63,670 bases of DNA, filler included, from Intoshia linei (GCA_001642005.1; 6 parts of 6 records of this genome joined end to end with filler, not necessarily neighbours in it); one strand, 5' to 3'. Counted from the whole stretch's first letter, positions 42,701-56,578 are shown. Program-made: numbers and translations. Notes: generated by a model from the letters alone, not told the origin.

Positions 42701-45700
42701 GGATTCAAGACTCATCTAGTTACAAAGTAATAGCAGAGAAAAGGTTAACATTTTAAAAAAAGTCAAATTATTTTTTTAATAATTTTCAAAGAACAAGCCA
42801 TGCTCTAAAGCAGATAGCGTTAAATTGAAGTTTGACAGCATAAAAATAATTCATAAATAATAACTAAATAATAATAATAATCAAATTAGCACTTCAAGTA
42901 ATGGCTTTGAAATTAGAAGTTAAACCTGAACCCATGGAAAATAAAATTTCGTCTTTAATATGTGATCCATACATTTTAATTACTGCTGGTGCAATTAGTT
43001 TTGCTAATCTGGGAATAGCTTCTCTTGAACCTACATTACCGTAATTTTAAAAAATATAACTGTTATATGTTATATAAAAAATATTCTACTGCCACCTTAT
43101 GTACTTTATCATTGTTTGTGAAAAGATGCCTCGGCGCACTAGTGTGTACGATTAAATTTTAATCCTTTTGATATGTATTTAATTCATTAATGTTTCATTC
43201 TTCCTATATTTTAATATCTGATAACTTATTAAATACCATTCTAGATTAGAAAGTAACTATAATTCTAAAAATTAAGTATATAATTACAAAATTATTCATA
43301 ACTTTGATTTCAGATTTTTATTAAATTTTGATTTTCAGGTATTTAGCTGAAAATAATACTCTAAATCGTGTTGGACTGTAATAGAAACAATATAATATCA
43401 TAATGTATTACAATAATTTAAATATTCAATGAAAAATTAGATAATTTATTAAAACCTCTGTTTTTGGACTATTTTTCAAAAAATGGTACCCAAACCAAGG
43501 TCCGACTTTATTATAGACAGCTTAATTTTATAAAACATTATTCATTTATTTTCATATTTTTTCATATAGGTAATTTAAAAATAATACAAGTTTAAATTAA
43601 ATCATTAGCTCCAAACAGTGAAAGAGTTAAGAAGATAAAATAAAATATTTTAAATTTTATCGTGTAGATGAGTTATCAAATTTTACTTATATTCACTATT
43701 ATAAATCATTTAAAGGAGTGGTTCCAAACTTGTTACACATGGACCCGTCATATCACATTACATTTTAATTTAAAGAGAATTATTCAACGTTAAATTTTTA
43801 ATTTAATTAATGTTTAGTTAATTTTGTTAACCTTTGTGTAAAGAATTTAAAAAAAAATTGTTATTTCATTTTTTTAATTTATTAGACAGAATGTGTGTAT
43901 AATATAAATAAAGTAAAAACAGTAGAATCCTAAAAATTGTCATAAATACCAGAAAAAATAAAATAATAAAAACCTATTTTGTCATATTCAAGGTAATAAA
44001 TTATCACATTATCACTGATAATTCTAACTTATATAATATGCCACGCGATTTTTGTTTGTGTGTGCGTTCCACTTTATTGAAATAACTACCAGTCTTAGAA
44101 TTTTATAAAGTCCACATTTCAGTTTTTTCCAAGACGTATAATATAAATTTTAATTTACCAAACTCACAGCTTACTGGTAAAAAATCCCAATGAATTGATC
44201 GTGAAAATTGTTTATAATTTTAAAAACTATGCCAGAATTTATGTTTAAAACAAATTTAGGACATGTTTTATTTTTAAAAAAGGGTAATTTGGGGTTTTGA
44301 CCATGAAGTATGCGTTTTTGAGCCTGAGATTAACGACAATGTTAATGATTTTAAAACACGTCCCAGAATGTATGTTTTATTGATTTTTGGGCTGATTTTT
44401 TTTAAAAAAAAGGGAAATTGGGTTTTAGATCATGAAGGACTTAAATTCTGAAACTGAAAAATTGATACTCGTAATATAAAAACACGCTCTGGAAAAACTG
44501 TGTTAGAAATTGTGTTTTTTTAAATCCTGCGAATGTCAATTTTTTCAATATATGGTGACACACACAAACATTCAATTATATAAAAGTAAAGGACTATTGA
44601 AAAGGGTGACTATAAAAAATACAATTAAAATCCAATGTTAAAATAGGCTTCTATACCGTGGACCCAATCGTGTATGTATTACTTATGCAACAGTGTCTTA
44701 GTTCTCTAATGTTTTATATACAGATGGGTGGGGATGATTATTTATCTTATATTCTGACATTAAAATTCAAAACACTCTATTCTTAGAAAATTTAATTATT
44801 AGAGCAGTGGTTCTCAACCCGTGTTCCGCGGAACCCAGGGGTTTCGTAAAATATAAATAGGATATTTTTTAATTTAAAGTTTTTCAAAATAAATAAATTT
44901 AAAAAATATAAATTGAAAAGTTTCTAAATTAATAAAACCAAAAATCAAATTTTGATATGCTTTTTTAATTAAGATAAATACGATCGGTTAACTTAATTAA
45001 AATATTTTTTGTGTTTATTTTAAATTATTTTTTTTAGAATTTAAAAATTTTTATTCTAAGACAGTTTGTCTGATTTCCTATAATTTAATTATGCATTTTA
45101 ATATATTCAGTACTTATTTTGATCAAATCAAGTCATAAAATGGATTAATGTTAAATATATAGAAAATATCCAAATTATAAGCTTACTTGCATTGACAGCA
45201 ATTAAGCATAAGAAACTGGCAAAGCTGGTGTCGGTAGAAGAAAAATTTCGTGTATGTCTCTCAAAAACACGTCCAAGAATTAAAAACTTCTGTAAAAAAT
45301 ATCAGGCCCAAATTTTTCATTGAGAAGGAAAAATAAATTTTTTTATATATGCGACATGCGAAAAAAAATTTTTTATCATGCTTTTAGGTGCCGTGATTTT
45401 TTGAAATTTCATAAGGGTTCCGCGCAGTCAAAAAGGTTGAGAAACACTGGTTTAGAGTGTAAAATTTCTTAGACTTTGGATGCTTGATACAATGAATTCT
45501 GAAAAATGGGAACAAGGTTAAGAACAAAGTCTGATATATAACTCAATTATATAATCTAGGAATGGCTTTTTTACCAGCGAGTATATCTTATCTTCTAGGA
45601 ACTAATATTTTTGGACCATTAGCTTATCGATTAGGCAGGTTAATTTAAATAAATATAACAATTATTTTAATTAGATGGTTAAGTGGTTTTATTGGAATGA

Positions 45701-46498
45701 TACTTATTTCAGTTTCTCTTTTTATGGTAATATATGACTAAAATTTAATTTTAAATATTAGATACCATTTGCAGCCAGACCAATGCACCTCATATTACCA
45801 AATTTCACTCTTGGATTCGCTATAGGTAAACATTGTAATATTAGTATCATACATGCACGTGATTCTATTATTTTATAAGAAATATATTTTAGGAATGGTT
45901 GACAGTTCTCTATTGCCTCATATGGTATATTTTAATGAATTGTTGATAACATTTTATTAAGGCATATTTGGTTGATCTGAGACACAAGTCCGTGTATGCA
46001 TCAGTGTATGCTATAGCCGATATTGGATTTTGTCTTGGGTTTGCCGTTGGACCAGCATTAGGTGGTTCTGTTGTGAAAAATTATGGATTTGAAAGGTTTT
46101 ATTTTAACATTCAAGTTTACATGACCATTTTTAGATGGATAACAATCATTGCTGTATTAACCCTTCTCTATGCCCCAATTTTACTTTTTTTGAAAAATGT
46201 ACCTGCAAAAAATGATGACACAGTATTTTGTTTTAATTTAACTAGTAGCATGTCAAGGTCCAACTGTGCTGTCTATTTACATTTTTTATTGTCCAATGCT
46301 AATTAAAAAGACATAAAAAATAATTTTTTAATTATCACATGATAACGAACAGAGGCTCTTCACATGTTAATGTTATAATACATACATAATATAGTAATAC
46401 ACAAAAAAATTATGTAGCTACCATTGAACAGATCCACAAATGAAACTATCAGATATAGTAAATTAGAAAATGAAAAACAAGATGAAATACAAAACTAA
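39736..46498 (+). CDS. SLC18A2: Vesicular monoamine transporter (SLC18A1/2-type)
   Basis: [16 protein letters not shown]|[94 protein letters not shown]-type rather than VAChT-type signature. Confidence 0.92.
43700..44593. mobile_element. Composite of Helitron fragments (3' part on minus strand; two 5' ends in opposite orientation)
   Basis: 43715-43990 is the reverse complement of the H1 3' region; 44022 begins TTCTAACTTATATAATATGCCACGCG (+); 44593 begins TCCTTTACTTTTATATAATTG (-). Confidence 0.7.
44805..45449 (+). mobile_element. hAT Charlie/Buster deletion derivative in VMAT intron
   Basis: TIRs CAGTGGTTCTCAACC / GGTTGAGAAACACTG; TSD tattagag/gtttagag; retains the transposase C-terminus ALTAIKHK...[28 protein letters not shown] (45183-45323). 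Confidence 0.88.
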
Positions 46499-46532
46499 AA
46501 TATATTTGAAAAATACATATTCATGTAAATTT

Positions 46533-48775
46533 TTATTTATAAACACCAACACCAGAGGCTCTAAGGACCATTTCTTTAAAATTGTATCCAATTTTTTCTA
46601 CAGAGCATATTGTATTTGATTTATCATATTTAGTTATGGGTTTTTGATATAAAGCTTCGTGGTAATTTGGATTGAATATGTCACCAACTTTGACGCTTTG
46701 TTTGGTTATTCCATTTTTAGTTAAAATCTAAATTTAATATATTCACTACTAATTTGCGTAGTCAGAGCGCAGCAAGAGTTAGAAGTTGTAACATTTCAAA
46801 GATTAAAAAGTATTTTCGAATTATAAAATGATTACATACAATCAAATAATCTGAATGAGCATAAAAGGTTAAACATTCAGTCAGTCACAGCTAATAGTTA
46901 TTTCCAGTTAACCTACACAAAAAACTCAATGTCACAAATTGACGCCTTGACGGTTAAAAAATCATTTTAGTATTATTTTCTTTATGGTTAGGTAAATATT
47001 TTATTAAAATAAAAAATATTCAATAACTCATGGTTCTTGCCAGAGCTAACTGCAGTTTATACCAAGTACATAACAGACAACCTAGTCATATATATTTTTC
47101 ATTATTCAATTCCTTATATGATTATAAAAATATAATAATCTATTCAATCGAATTAAATCTAACCTGGAAAAATTGATTATATATCATTGAAATGCCATCA
47201 TTAGATGCACTTTGTTTAGCCATATCGAGACTATCAATAACTGGAAGTAATTCTTTGATAAATGATCTAATTGAATATTTTTTCACATCCTCCATTTGTT
47301 TTGAAAATCTTTTCCTAGCATTTTCACTTTCTGCTAAGGATGACAAATATTTATTCTAAACATAACATAAAATTAAAACGAGTTACTGTATGATTGGAAT
47401 TATACAGGTACATTCCAATCATACATTTTTATTATTTTATATATATTTTTTTACTGGAATTTTTTATTTTCGAGTAAAGTACAAAAAACATAAATAAAAC
47501 CAAATTTTACAAAAAGTAGAAAATTAATTGAAAGATATGTAAAACGGTAAATAATATATTACACGGCTCATGTTAATTAATGGGTGAGTGTTAAGCCTTA
47601 TATTAGGTTGATTCTCGAATTCTTGGTTACAATTTTCAAAGGTCAGAAATAAAAAGATGTCAATGGGTAATATACATATAATATAAAATGTATATTATCA
47701 AATATAAAAACATGAAAATATCTAGCAAAACACTTACGTTTAATGTCGACATTTCTTGCTCCAAGCTCTTTATTTTATCCAATTCTGCCTGATTAGGCTT
47801 TACATCAGTAGACTTTATTTTATCTTGTTTATTTTTACCATCTTCAGTTGATGTTTCAGTTGATCTAATTTTTGAAAATAAACACCTACAAAACTGGAGA
47901 TTACAAAAATTTTAAACTAAACATAAAATATATAGTGGATTTAAAATAAAATTTTCTCAGGATCCATGTAATCTTTCATTCAATCTAACATGACGAAGTA
48001 AATTGAATTTACAAAATTTAGTAACAAATTACAAGTGTACTTTCAATAAAACACAGATTATATAATTAAATAAAACTGTTACGCTGTAACTACAAGGGTG
48101 CTTGGCATATTGATAGATTTTAGGTTTTGAAAACATTAGAAAAATTGTTTCTATTTTCATATAAATAATTTAAAAGTAACAAAAATTTCATTACTACTGT
48201 CTTTTCTCGAATATAAGAAGTCTTCTTATATTCAAGAGTAGAAAAAAAATACTTATAATCAAAAACAAGCAGGCTTTTAAGCAGACCTTGAAAGATATAA
48301 AAAATACCCTAAAAGTTTTTTTCTAATTAGTATAAACTTATAAATTAGACATTATATTGTATGAAGGAAGTTATTTTTTAGAAATAACTTGATATGTTGT
48401 CTATTTTTTGTTTAAAGTTCTTTCTTTCGTATACAAGCAGAAACTGCTTATATTCAAATTTTATTTAGTTAAGAATTTCACCGATAATTTGTATTTCAAG
48501 GGTCTGCTTATAATCGAGAAAAGACAGTAGTTGTATTTCATTAATACAATGTACATCACAAGTTGTGATTCACAACTACAACAATTTTAAATATTTTCAT
48601 GAGATATTAGTAGTTCATTACATAAATTAGTAGGTACTGTCATGGTACTTTCGGAAATGGATATATTTCATCAAATATAAATTGTATAAATATAATGCAA
48701 AAATTACCTGTTTCCCATAAAAACATTTCTGTTTTTGATTAAAAGACGATTGAAAATTGCAGTGGAAATCCTCAT
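46533..48775 (-). CDS. GRPEL1: Mitochondrial GrpE nucleotide-exchange factor
   Basis: Basic presequence MRISTAIFNRLLIKNRN; KYLSSLAESENARKRFSKQMEDVKKYSIRSFIKELLPVIDSL; VGDIFNPNYHEALY...KIGYNFKEMVLRASGVGV; four exons. Confidence 0.9.
48197..48527. mobile_element. Tc1/mariner (pogo/Tigger-like) MITE in GrpE intron
   Basis: TA|CTGTCTTTTCTCGAATATAAG ... CTTATAATCGAGAAAAGACAG|TA. Confidence 0.85.
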
Positions 48776-49242
48776 GCTTTAAGGTTGCACAAATTCAAAT
48801 GATTAACAATAAAGTTAAAATTAAACAGATTATGTAAAATAAACATTCATTTAATTTACCAATTTAGAATTTTCAAAATACATACATGAAATGTCATGTT
48901 ATGAATTACAAAAAATATATTAAATTTCCATACCTGTCCTTTAGTAGTTAAAAAATATTTTGTCAGATCGTAACAGGTAAATCAACCGAAAATATTTTGT
49001 ATCAATAGTTAACGGATTCAGCCCATTTATAAACATTTTTAGGCGAAGGAATGTTATCAACATTGAAATAAATATTTTATACTGTGTTCAACTTCTCACG
49101 AGCCCGATAAATTCACGATAAATTCACGATAAATTTCGCGATCCCCCGGTTGAAAACCGCTGATTAAATTCATTAATTTTAAATTTTTTGAAAATAAAAA
49201 AATCCAAGATATCACTTTATGAGGTTTAAATCAATATTTCTG

Positions 49243-49997
49243 GGGCCTTTTGCAGTATAAGCCCACTAGAATAAACTTAAAATTTGAACTTTATTTAATT
49301 TTTAAAAATATTTAACTTACGTAATACATACTAAATTGATTGATTAACGTCCGATATGCATGAATTAAATGAATTTACTCTATCGAAATCACACGAAATA
49401 CTGCCACAACAATAACGTTTTGCAGAAATATAGGATTATTAAGCAGTTCTCAGACTTGTCCATAACTTATCTAACATTAGACTTATCTAACATACATTAA
49501 TACAAAGTTTAAAAATCTAATTATTTTTACCCCAGTATTTAAGTATATTTCTAATACCGGAAAGTCCAAAGCAGACAAAGAGTACATTTTACGTAATCCA
49601 GTAATCCTAAAACTTATGTTAAATAAACGGCAATATTGTATATCCCAAATTGGGGATTAATGTAAAAATAAAACTTAATATAAGAATCGTTGTCATTACA
49701 TCACTGTGAAGACCCCTCTCGGGTTCGGTCTAATTATAGTATCCTCAATAAATTTTTTTATTTATAACAATAATGTAATTAATCACTTGATGCATTCTTA
49801 ACTAAGTAATTATTAATGTTCTAATGAAACTGAATAGACTTATTTACAAAAGCTACATATTTTTTTAAAATATAGTCCATAGTATTAGTATTTAGTATAT
49901 ACTTTACTATGTATTACGTAAGTTACATATTTAAAAAAAATTAAATAAAGTTCCAAATCTGAAGTTTATTCTAGTGGGCTTATACTGCAAAAGGCCC
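49243..49997. mobile_element. MITE with perfect 36-bp TIRs and 8-bp TSD (Merlin-like)
   Basis: GGGCCTTTTGCAGTATAAGCCCACTAGAATAAACTT at both ends, inverted; tatttctg flanks both sides. Confidence 0.9.
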
Positions 49998-50009
49998 TAT
50001 TTCTGTATA

Positions 50010-52534
50010 TAAAATGCGTAGACGTTCAATTCTTATTTTTTTATAAATTCTAGGATAAATATTTTTATTTTATAATTATTTTCAAAAATTTGAAAAATAT
50101 TGGTTGATAATATATTAAAAGTTATTTTTAACCTTGAATGCGTAGATTTCTGAGATTAAATAACAATAGAATTAATTAGACATGTAAGTAAGATATGTTT
50201 ATCAGTCAAGTTCAATCTGTATGACAACGGATTAAATTTTCAAAAATGAATTTTACTAAAAAATGAAAAATTGCGAAGGAATGAATTATATAGATTTTCA
50301 CCCATATATCTTTATTGGAAATGTGTAGAGGTTCAATGCACATTTTTTGAAATTGTAGGATCAATATTTACATTTTCAATTTTTATTGTAATCGAAATAC
50401 ATGAAAAAAAAATATAAATCATATATATATATATTAAGGCTGTTCATTTTTACAAAATTTTCGATTCGACAAAAAATCCACCCCCTACCTTGAAGAGGGT
50501 ACTTTAAAACCCATAAAAATAAAATTTTAGAAAAAATGACCATAAAAATGTGTACCGTTTTTGAATTTTAAGGTTTTTGCGCGCTTTTTCCCCTGTTTCT
50601 TAATTGGCGCCATTTCTTTTTTTTTAAGATGGATATGATTAATGTATGACCCACTAAGACATATGTTAAATTTGCACATAAAAATTTTAATATTTAACCT
50701 CACAGGGTGTTTTTTCCTTAAAAAGTGGTTTTTGTAATATTGGTCAAATTTATAAATACTTATATTTATAATAACAATAAATTTATTTTATATAAGAAAA
50801 TCTGAGTGTCCCATGTTGAAATTCAGTTATTAACGTTTTAAACACATTTTAATGAAACAAAGTAATATGAACTCTCTAGAAGCCGAGCTAAAATATTGAA
50901 TTGTGTTTGTTCTAATCGATTAATTTTTATAATTTTTGTATGACAATATGTAAAATTTTATGTAGATTCGAAGCAATTGAGTGTAGTTTTTTTTGTATTA
51001 TTAGTTTCTTCGTTTTAATTTATTAAAATCAGAAAAAATAACGAAAATACTTTATCTTGAAAAAATTACGATAAATCATGGAAACAATAGTTTTTAAAAC
51101 TTAACAGTAATTTTGTTTCAATGTCAACAATATTACGGTCGACATATTTTTTTACATATCCCAGAGATCTCTCACTAATTTCATTTGTAACATTCACATT
51201 GATAGGATATGATCGCAACATATAATTCCGATTAAAGCATTCCAATGTTTTACCTTCCAGTATTCCTCGTAATAATTCAATTGATTCAGTTTGTCTTCTA
51301 CAAGTGAACCAAATAGGCGCCCAGTAATCGACAAGATTTGTCTGAACTAAGTAGATAATATTTTAATAGATAGTTAGCTTTGTTATTTCAGCGAGCTTTA
51401 GACAAAGGTCCCAATTTTCTGATTGAAATAATAGGATATACCCCGGTATTTAACAAATATTTTACTGCCTTACATAATCCAAATAACTCTGAATAATCGT
51501 TTCTACTGCACCTTGGATATTTAATTTTAATTCTTGTTTCCTTATAATGTGGTAACCACTGCAAAAAATTAATTTTGAGAATCTTAACAAAACTAAAGGA
51601 TATATTGGGTTCAATGCTGCTAACCGGAAATCTAAATGTGAGATAAATTTGTAGTATTCTATCAAGAACATGTAATCTACATGGTTGGTAAATCAAATGA
51701 GGCATAACATCTGTCATTTTCTTTATAACACCTGATTTTTGTCCGGTATTGGTTGATGTGGTATCACATATGACCATTTTTATTCTTGAAGAGATACCAT
51801 ACATTGTTATAACCGATTGCACAACATCAAATATTGTTGATGATGTTCCATTAACTATTATTTTCATTGCAATGCATATTTTCAAAGATTCGCCGCTGAG
51901 ATAAATTGATAAATAATGTCGATGCTTGTATGTTTTAGAATCAAAGTGGATACAAAGATCACCTTTGTAATTAATAATTAGTTTATTTATTTCTTTGTGA
52001 CATACCTTTAAACTACATGCTTGTTTTAAAGTGGACGACCTAGGAAATGTCCTGTATCCCATTATTTTGATTACTTCGTTAACAATAGAAACAGTACAAT
52101 TAATGGAATATTTAAGGCTTTCAGATATTTTTACAACATCCGACTGACATATTGTGAAAATAAAGCAAATTTGAATCATTTTCCATTGAATCTGATGTGA
52201 AGTTTGATTCTTCAGCACTATTATATTCACTAAAATCTTCAATTTCATAAGATGCATCATAGTAAACCTAAGTTGAATTTGCTTGTTCTATTAAAAGCTC
52301 TTGTTTAAATCTTACTAATTATACCACAGTGATGGTGACCACTTTTCTGAAAAAATTATTCAAATTGAGCTTTTTGACCAGTAAGATGTGAGTTTGGGAC
52401 GTTGAAATATATCTTACTAACACCCTGGAAAAAACTGTAATAGAAACGTGCATTTTATTAAATTTTAAAACTGGTAGTTAGTGAAATAAACGATAACACA
52501 CACAGACAAACAAAGCATATTATATAAGTAAGGA
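50010..52534 (-). mobile_element. Helitron copy H5 (rearranged), interrupted by a hATm element
   Basis: 5' a|TCCTTACTTATATAATATG at 52534; 50010-50420 is reverse-complement homologous to the H1 interior. Confidence 0.7.
50435..52330 (-). mobile_element. hATm-type transposon with disrupted transposase
   Basis: ORF 51388-52260 has IHFDSK, ICDTTSTNTG...GV, CRLHVLD, RNDYSEL and SKAR* (the expected ARW is a stop), continuing NNKANYLLK; terminus-like TAAGGCTGTTCATTTTT at 50435. Confidence 0.8.
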
Positions 52535-52607
52535 TGTATTAACTATATCAATCTTAAATATAATTTAATTTAATTAATATTAATGTATTTTCCATAATAC
52601 ATATTTA

Positions 52608-54555
52608 TTATGTATTGTTTAGCTGGCATGTTTTGCCATCATTACTATGTGTTCCATAATTACATTTTTCACAGCCATAATTATATTTGTAACATTTCGC
52701 ACAATTTTCTATTTGGCATGCTAAATATAATATTTTAAAAAATTATATTTGAGACAAATGTTGGCGTTTTATTTAATAAATTAAGTCAAATGTTGAAAAT
52801 GAATAAGACATGATATTTATATTCATACATGTATATAAAAAAATTTTTAGAAAATATTTTAATATTTATGCCCGCAAAATATCTACAATTTTCGTAATCA
52901 GTAAATAGTACCCGTGAGTGTAATTTGTTGAACGATCCCATATGGATAGTGTCCGATTTTGTTAATAACAAAATTTTTATTTACAATTATTGTTAAAACT
53001 ATTCTCACATTGCAATTAATTGCAATGTAATAACTGAAGGCGTCACTGAATGGTAACAAGTATAATAATTATTTAGTAATCATTTAGAGTTACCCATGCA
53101 TTCATTATCTTCATTTGGAAATGTGTCAACTGGACACTCGTATGTGCAATGATAAACACCATACTGTTTAATCTTGTATGTACAATTTGATGATTTGTTC
53201 ACTAAATTCATGCAGTTATTAAGAATTATATAATCTGCAATTTAGACTAAATTTTAATAAAAATATTATAATTGTACAACGGTGATGTCCAAAAATATTG
53301 GCCCATCAATTATTCAAATTTACAAAAATAATTACATGCACATTTTCCCAACCAAGTCCTTGAATAACCAAATTGACACACTTTACATCCGAATCTATTA
53401 TCCATATAATTAACATTAAATTCTTCGTAGAATTCAAGGCAATTGGATAAACTTTTTTTCACTAATTTGTATATTACTATATATGTATTATTATTGTTAC
53501 GTAGGCAATTATTTCCATTATTCTTATAATTATAACCTTGTACCTTATAATCAGGATAATACCCATCATTGCAAATTCTACACATGTATCGATCATTGCG
53601 ACAATGTAAACAATTTGGAATATCACATTCTAAATTTTAATTAGCAGAAATATTAAATTGATAACCGACACAGTAGATTGTTGTAGCTTTATTATTAAAG
53701 AATACATCTTTTGGAGTCAAACCCGAAGGGCACTCTGAAACACAATGTCTCACTCCAATTTTCATATTGCTAATTACTGTGCAACTATTACATATATTTG
53801 TCAATCCACAATCTATTCATTAAAAAGTTTATAATTATTATATTGAATATAGTGCATACGCATGCATAACCCAGTCTCATCAATTCCATAATATTCATCA
53901 CATTGGGTGCTACTACATAAAAATTCTCCTTCGGCTACAATAGTACAAGATGGACAACCAGAGCTATTACAAACTAAAGTATATGATTTACATTAATAAC
54001 ACAATACTCTTTATTTTTTTTAATTACTTCTACAAACATTATAGTAGTCTGGTTTTGCTTGGGCTGGACATTGATTCTCGCAAGTTTGGATTTTGGTAAA
54101 GTAATCCACATTACAAACTAAGCAGTTATCAGTTGATCCACATTCTAAATTGACATTTAGTATATTTTCACAAATTGTAATGATGTGCATCCGCGATCCT
54201 ACCGCCGGTCAGTATAATATTCTACAAAATTCGAATAGAATATGTATACAATTAAATCATTAATTTAAAATCATTAAAACAAAGCCTTATAATTGGGGTT
54301 AGATTTATTATACTTATATATATTAGATGTTGAAATGGACCATTATAAAATTATAAATTTATTAACCGTTTGTCTATCGCTTAAAGGTAATAATAACAAT
54401 TTTAGAATTTAACAAAAAAAATACTATCAATAATAATACTTTATATATTATTAAATACTTATGCATTGTTCTCCCAGAAGACCTTCATTATTCAGGCATT
54501 TTTTGCACGAGTAAATTTCTATAATTACGAATAAAAATAAGATTGTAATTTTCAT
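52608..54555 (-). CDS. Secreted cysteine-rich protein with CXXC/furin-like repeats
   Basis: Signal peptide MKITILFLFVIIEIYS, then phase-1 exons with CLVC, CPSC, CLHC, CRIC, CKVC, CAKC, CEKC and C..ECP motifs; stop at 52608 with no TM or GPI-type tail. Confidence 0.82.
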
Positions 54556-55251
54556 GATTAACAACAAAATATAATAAATTTATAACTTGGTTCAATTTGT
54601 ATTAGGTCAATAATAAATATAATACTAACGTATCATTATAATGTCATTTATATCATTTATAATGTAAAATTTTTGTAAAAATATCTAACACTGTTAATTT
54701 GATATGAAATTTAATTCAGTATAAAAGATTATGAAATATAATGTTGGAACTCAAGAGGTGACCACTTTTTGAAAAATTTAGACTTGTGCATTAGGGTGTC
54801 ACATCAAATATTTTTTCTAAGAAATTCAAAAACACCCAGTAGATTAGATGTAATTTAAATGATTCATAACTTATGAATCATAAGTCATGAATCTCTTGTT
54901 TATACGTGAGGTATGACGGTACTCTGATTATGGTGACTACGGGCGAGTTAGAAAATATTATACGATGAGTGTAAATAAAATCTATGGGTATAGTTAATTA
55001 AATTTTTTTTTAATTTTAATATTCAAGAATGGGTATGAGGTAGGGGATATCGTACCAAACAAGTCTCCAAAATAAACACAAGGTATTTTGACATAATTTT
55101 GAGAGTAAATAAATAAAACAAGGAACACTTTAAATACTGAATAAAATGACGACAAATAAATTCTAAATCTAAATGTACTTTATTAAAAAAAGCATTAACA
55201 AAAATCCTTAACGACTTTGTCAATGTATGTGTATATAAAAGATTTAAACTG

Positions 55252-56578
55252 ATGTCATTTTTCCAAGTAAAAAATTTAAATATTATTTCATAGACTATAT
55301 AGAATTGGAAAAAGTTTACCTTTTTCGAACAAAAAATACAACATAGTCCTGAATTGGACGAATTTCTCCAACAAGAGGTATATTATAATTATATAACTTA
55401 TATTAAAACGGTCATTTTTAGAAAATTTAGAACACTTTTTTTTTTTTTAAATGCTAATAAATATAATAAACGTTAGATTTTTTCACCAAAAAATAATAAA
55501 AACTGCTTAATTTTTGTTAAAAACAACTTTCAAAATGATTGACCTAATTTCCCCACTTGCTGTTATGAATTAATATACCTTTTAAAAAGTGTCTAATTCA
55601 AATCAAAATACAATTTAATGTATTTAATACATAGTATGTATATTATTAATTGTGTTATGTAATATATTAGGTCACTGCCAGTTATTGTGTGTTACGTCTA
55701 AGTCTTTCGTTCTGACGGTCTACTATGACAAGAACGTACTAATTGTATTTTTTTATTAAATCGTTTTATGAGTATATTTATGGTGATAACAGTACAAGCA
55801 GAGTCGATTTAACGCATGGGCAATATGGGCTGTAACCCAGGGCCACTCATTAAAAAAGGCCTCAAATTAATAAAAGTACTTCACACTTATATCTTAAAAA
55901 GAGGCTCAATTTATTAAAAAATACTTCACATTTATATCTTAAGAAACAGTTTATAAGTTTTGAAGTGTGGGAATTAAAATATTTAAATAGCTAGAAAGAA
56001 AATAGTTTAAAGAATCAAAGTTCTGGTAAATATTCAATTTAAAATATATTCTTTAATGTTCATCATATAATATTGACATAAAAACTGTTTCGAATGATAT
56101 TATTAAACATTAAAACCTTTCTATTAAATGAATATTTAAAAAAGAGATAAAATAAATAAATAAATAATTAACTGTTATAAATTAGAATTTAAACATTTTG
56201 TGCATTGAAGCCGGCTGTTCATACGTTGTATTTGCAGATGCCAATGGGAAAGTGTTTTTACTCAACAATCAATTGGAAATACTTATTTTACAAGCATTTG
56301 AATGTAATTGCACCAGCGTAATAATATTATCGGATGCTCATGTTTTGTGTGCTATAGGGGTATTTTATTAATTTTGAAATGTTCAAATTTATTAGTTAAT
56401 TTTTTATTTCCATATTGTAGAACGACACTGATTCTTATTCAAATCAAACCATTAAATTTTTCTCATTATTCAAGGTTTTATTTAGAAAAGAAACGTTTAT
56501 TAATTTTATTTAAACTAGAAAGATTCAATTGGATTACCTACAGCTATCCATTCCGTAAGATTGTCAAACGTTTCTGAA
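55252..56578 (+). CDS. VPS11: Vacuolar protein sorting 11, 5' exons (remainder lost at contig end)
   Basis: MSFFQ|NWKKFTFFEQ...|NLNILCIEAGCSYVVFADANGKVFLLNNQLEILILQAFE...HVLCAIG|NDTDSYSNQTIKFFSLFK|KDSIGLP matches the VPS11 N-terminus (QWRRFVFF...GSLVFGDMEG...FQAY). Confidence 0.82.
55799..55950 (+). mobile_element. hAT-like element end in VPS11 intron
   Basis: CAGAGTCGATTTAACGCATGGGCAATATGGGCTGTAACCCAGGGCC; a homologous copy lies in reverse orientation at ~62020-62181. Confidence 0.65.
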
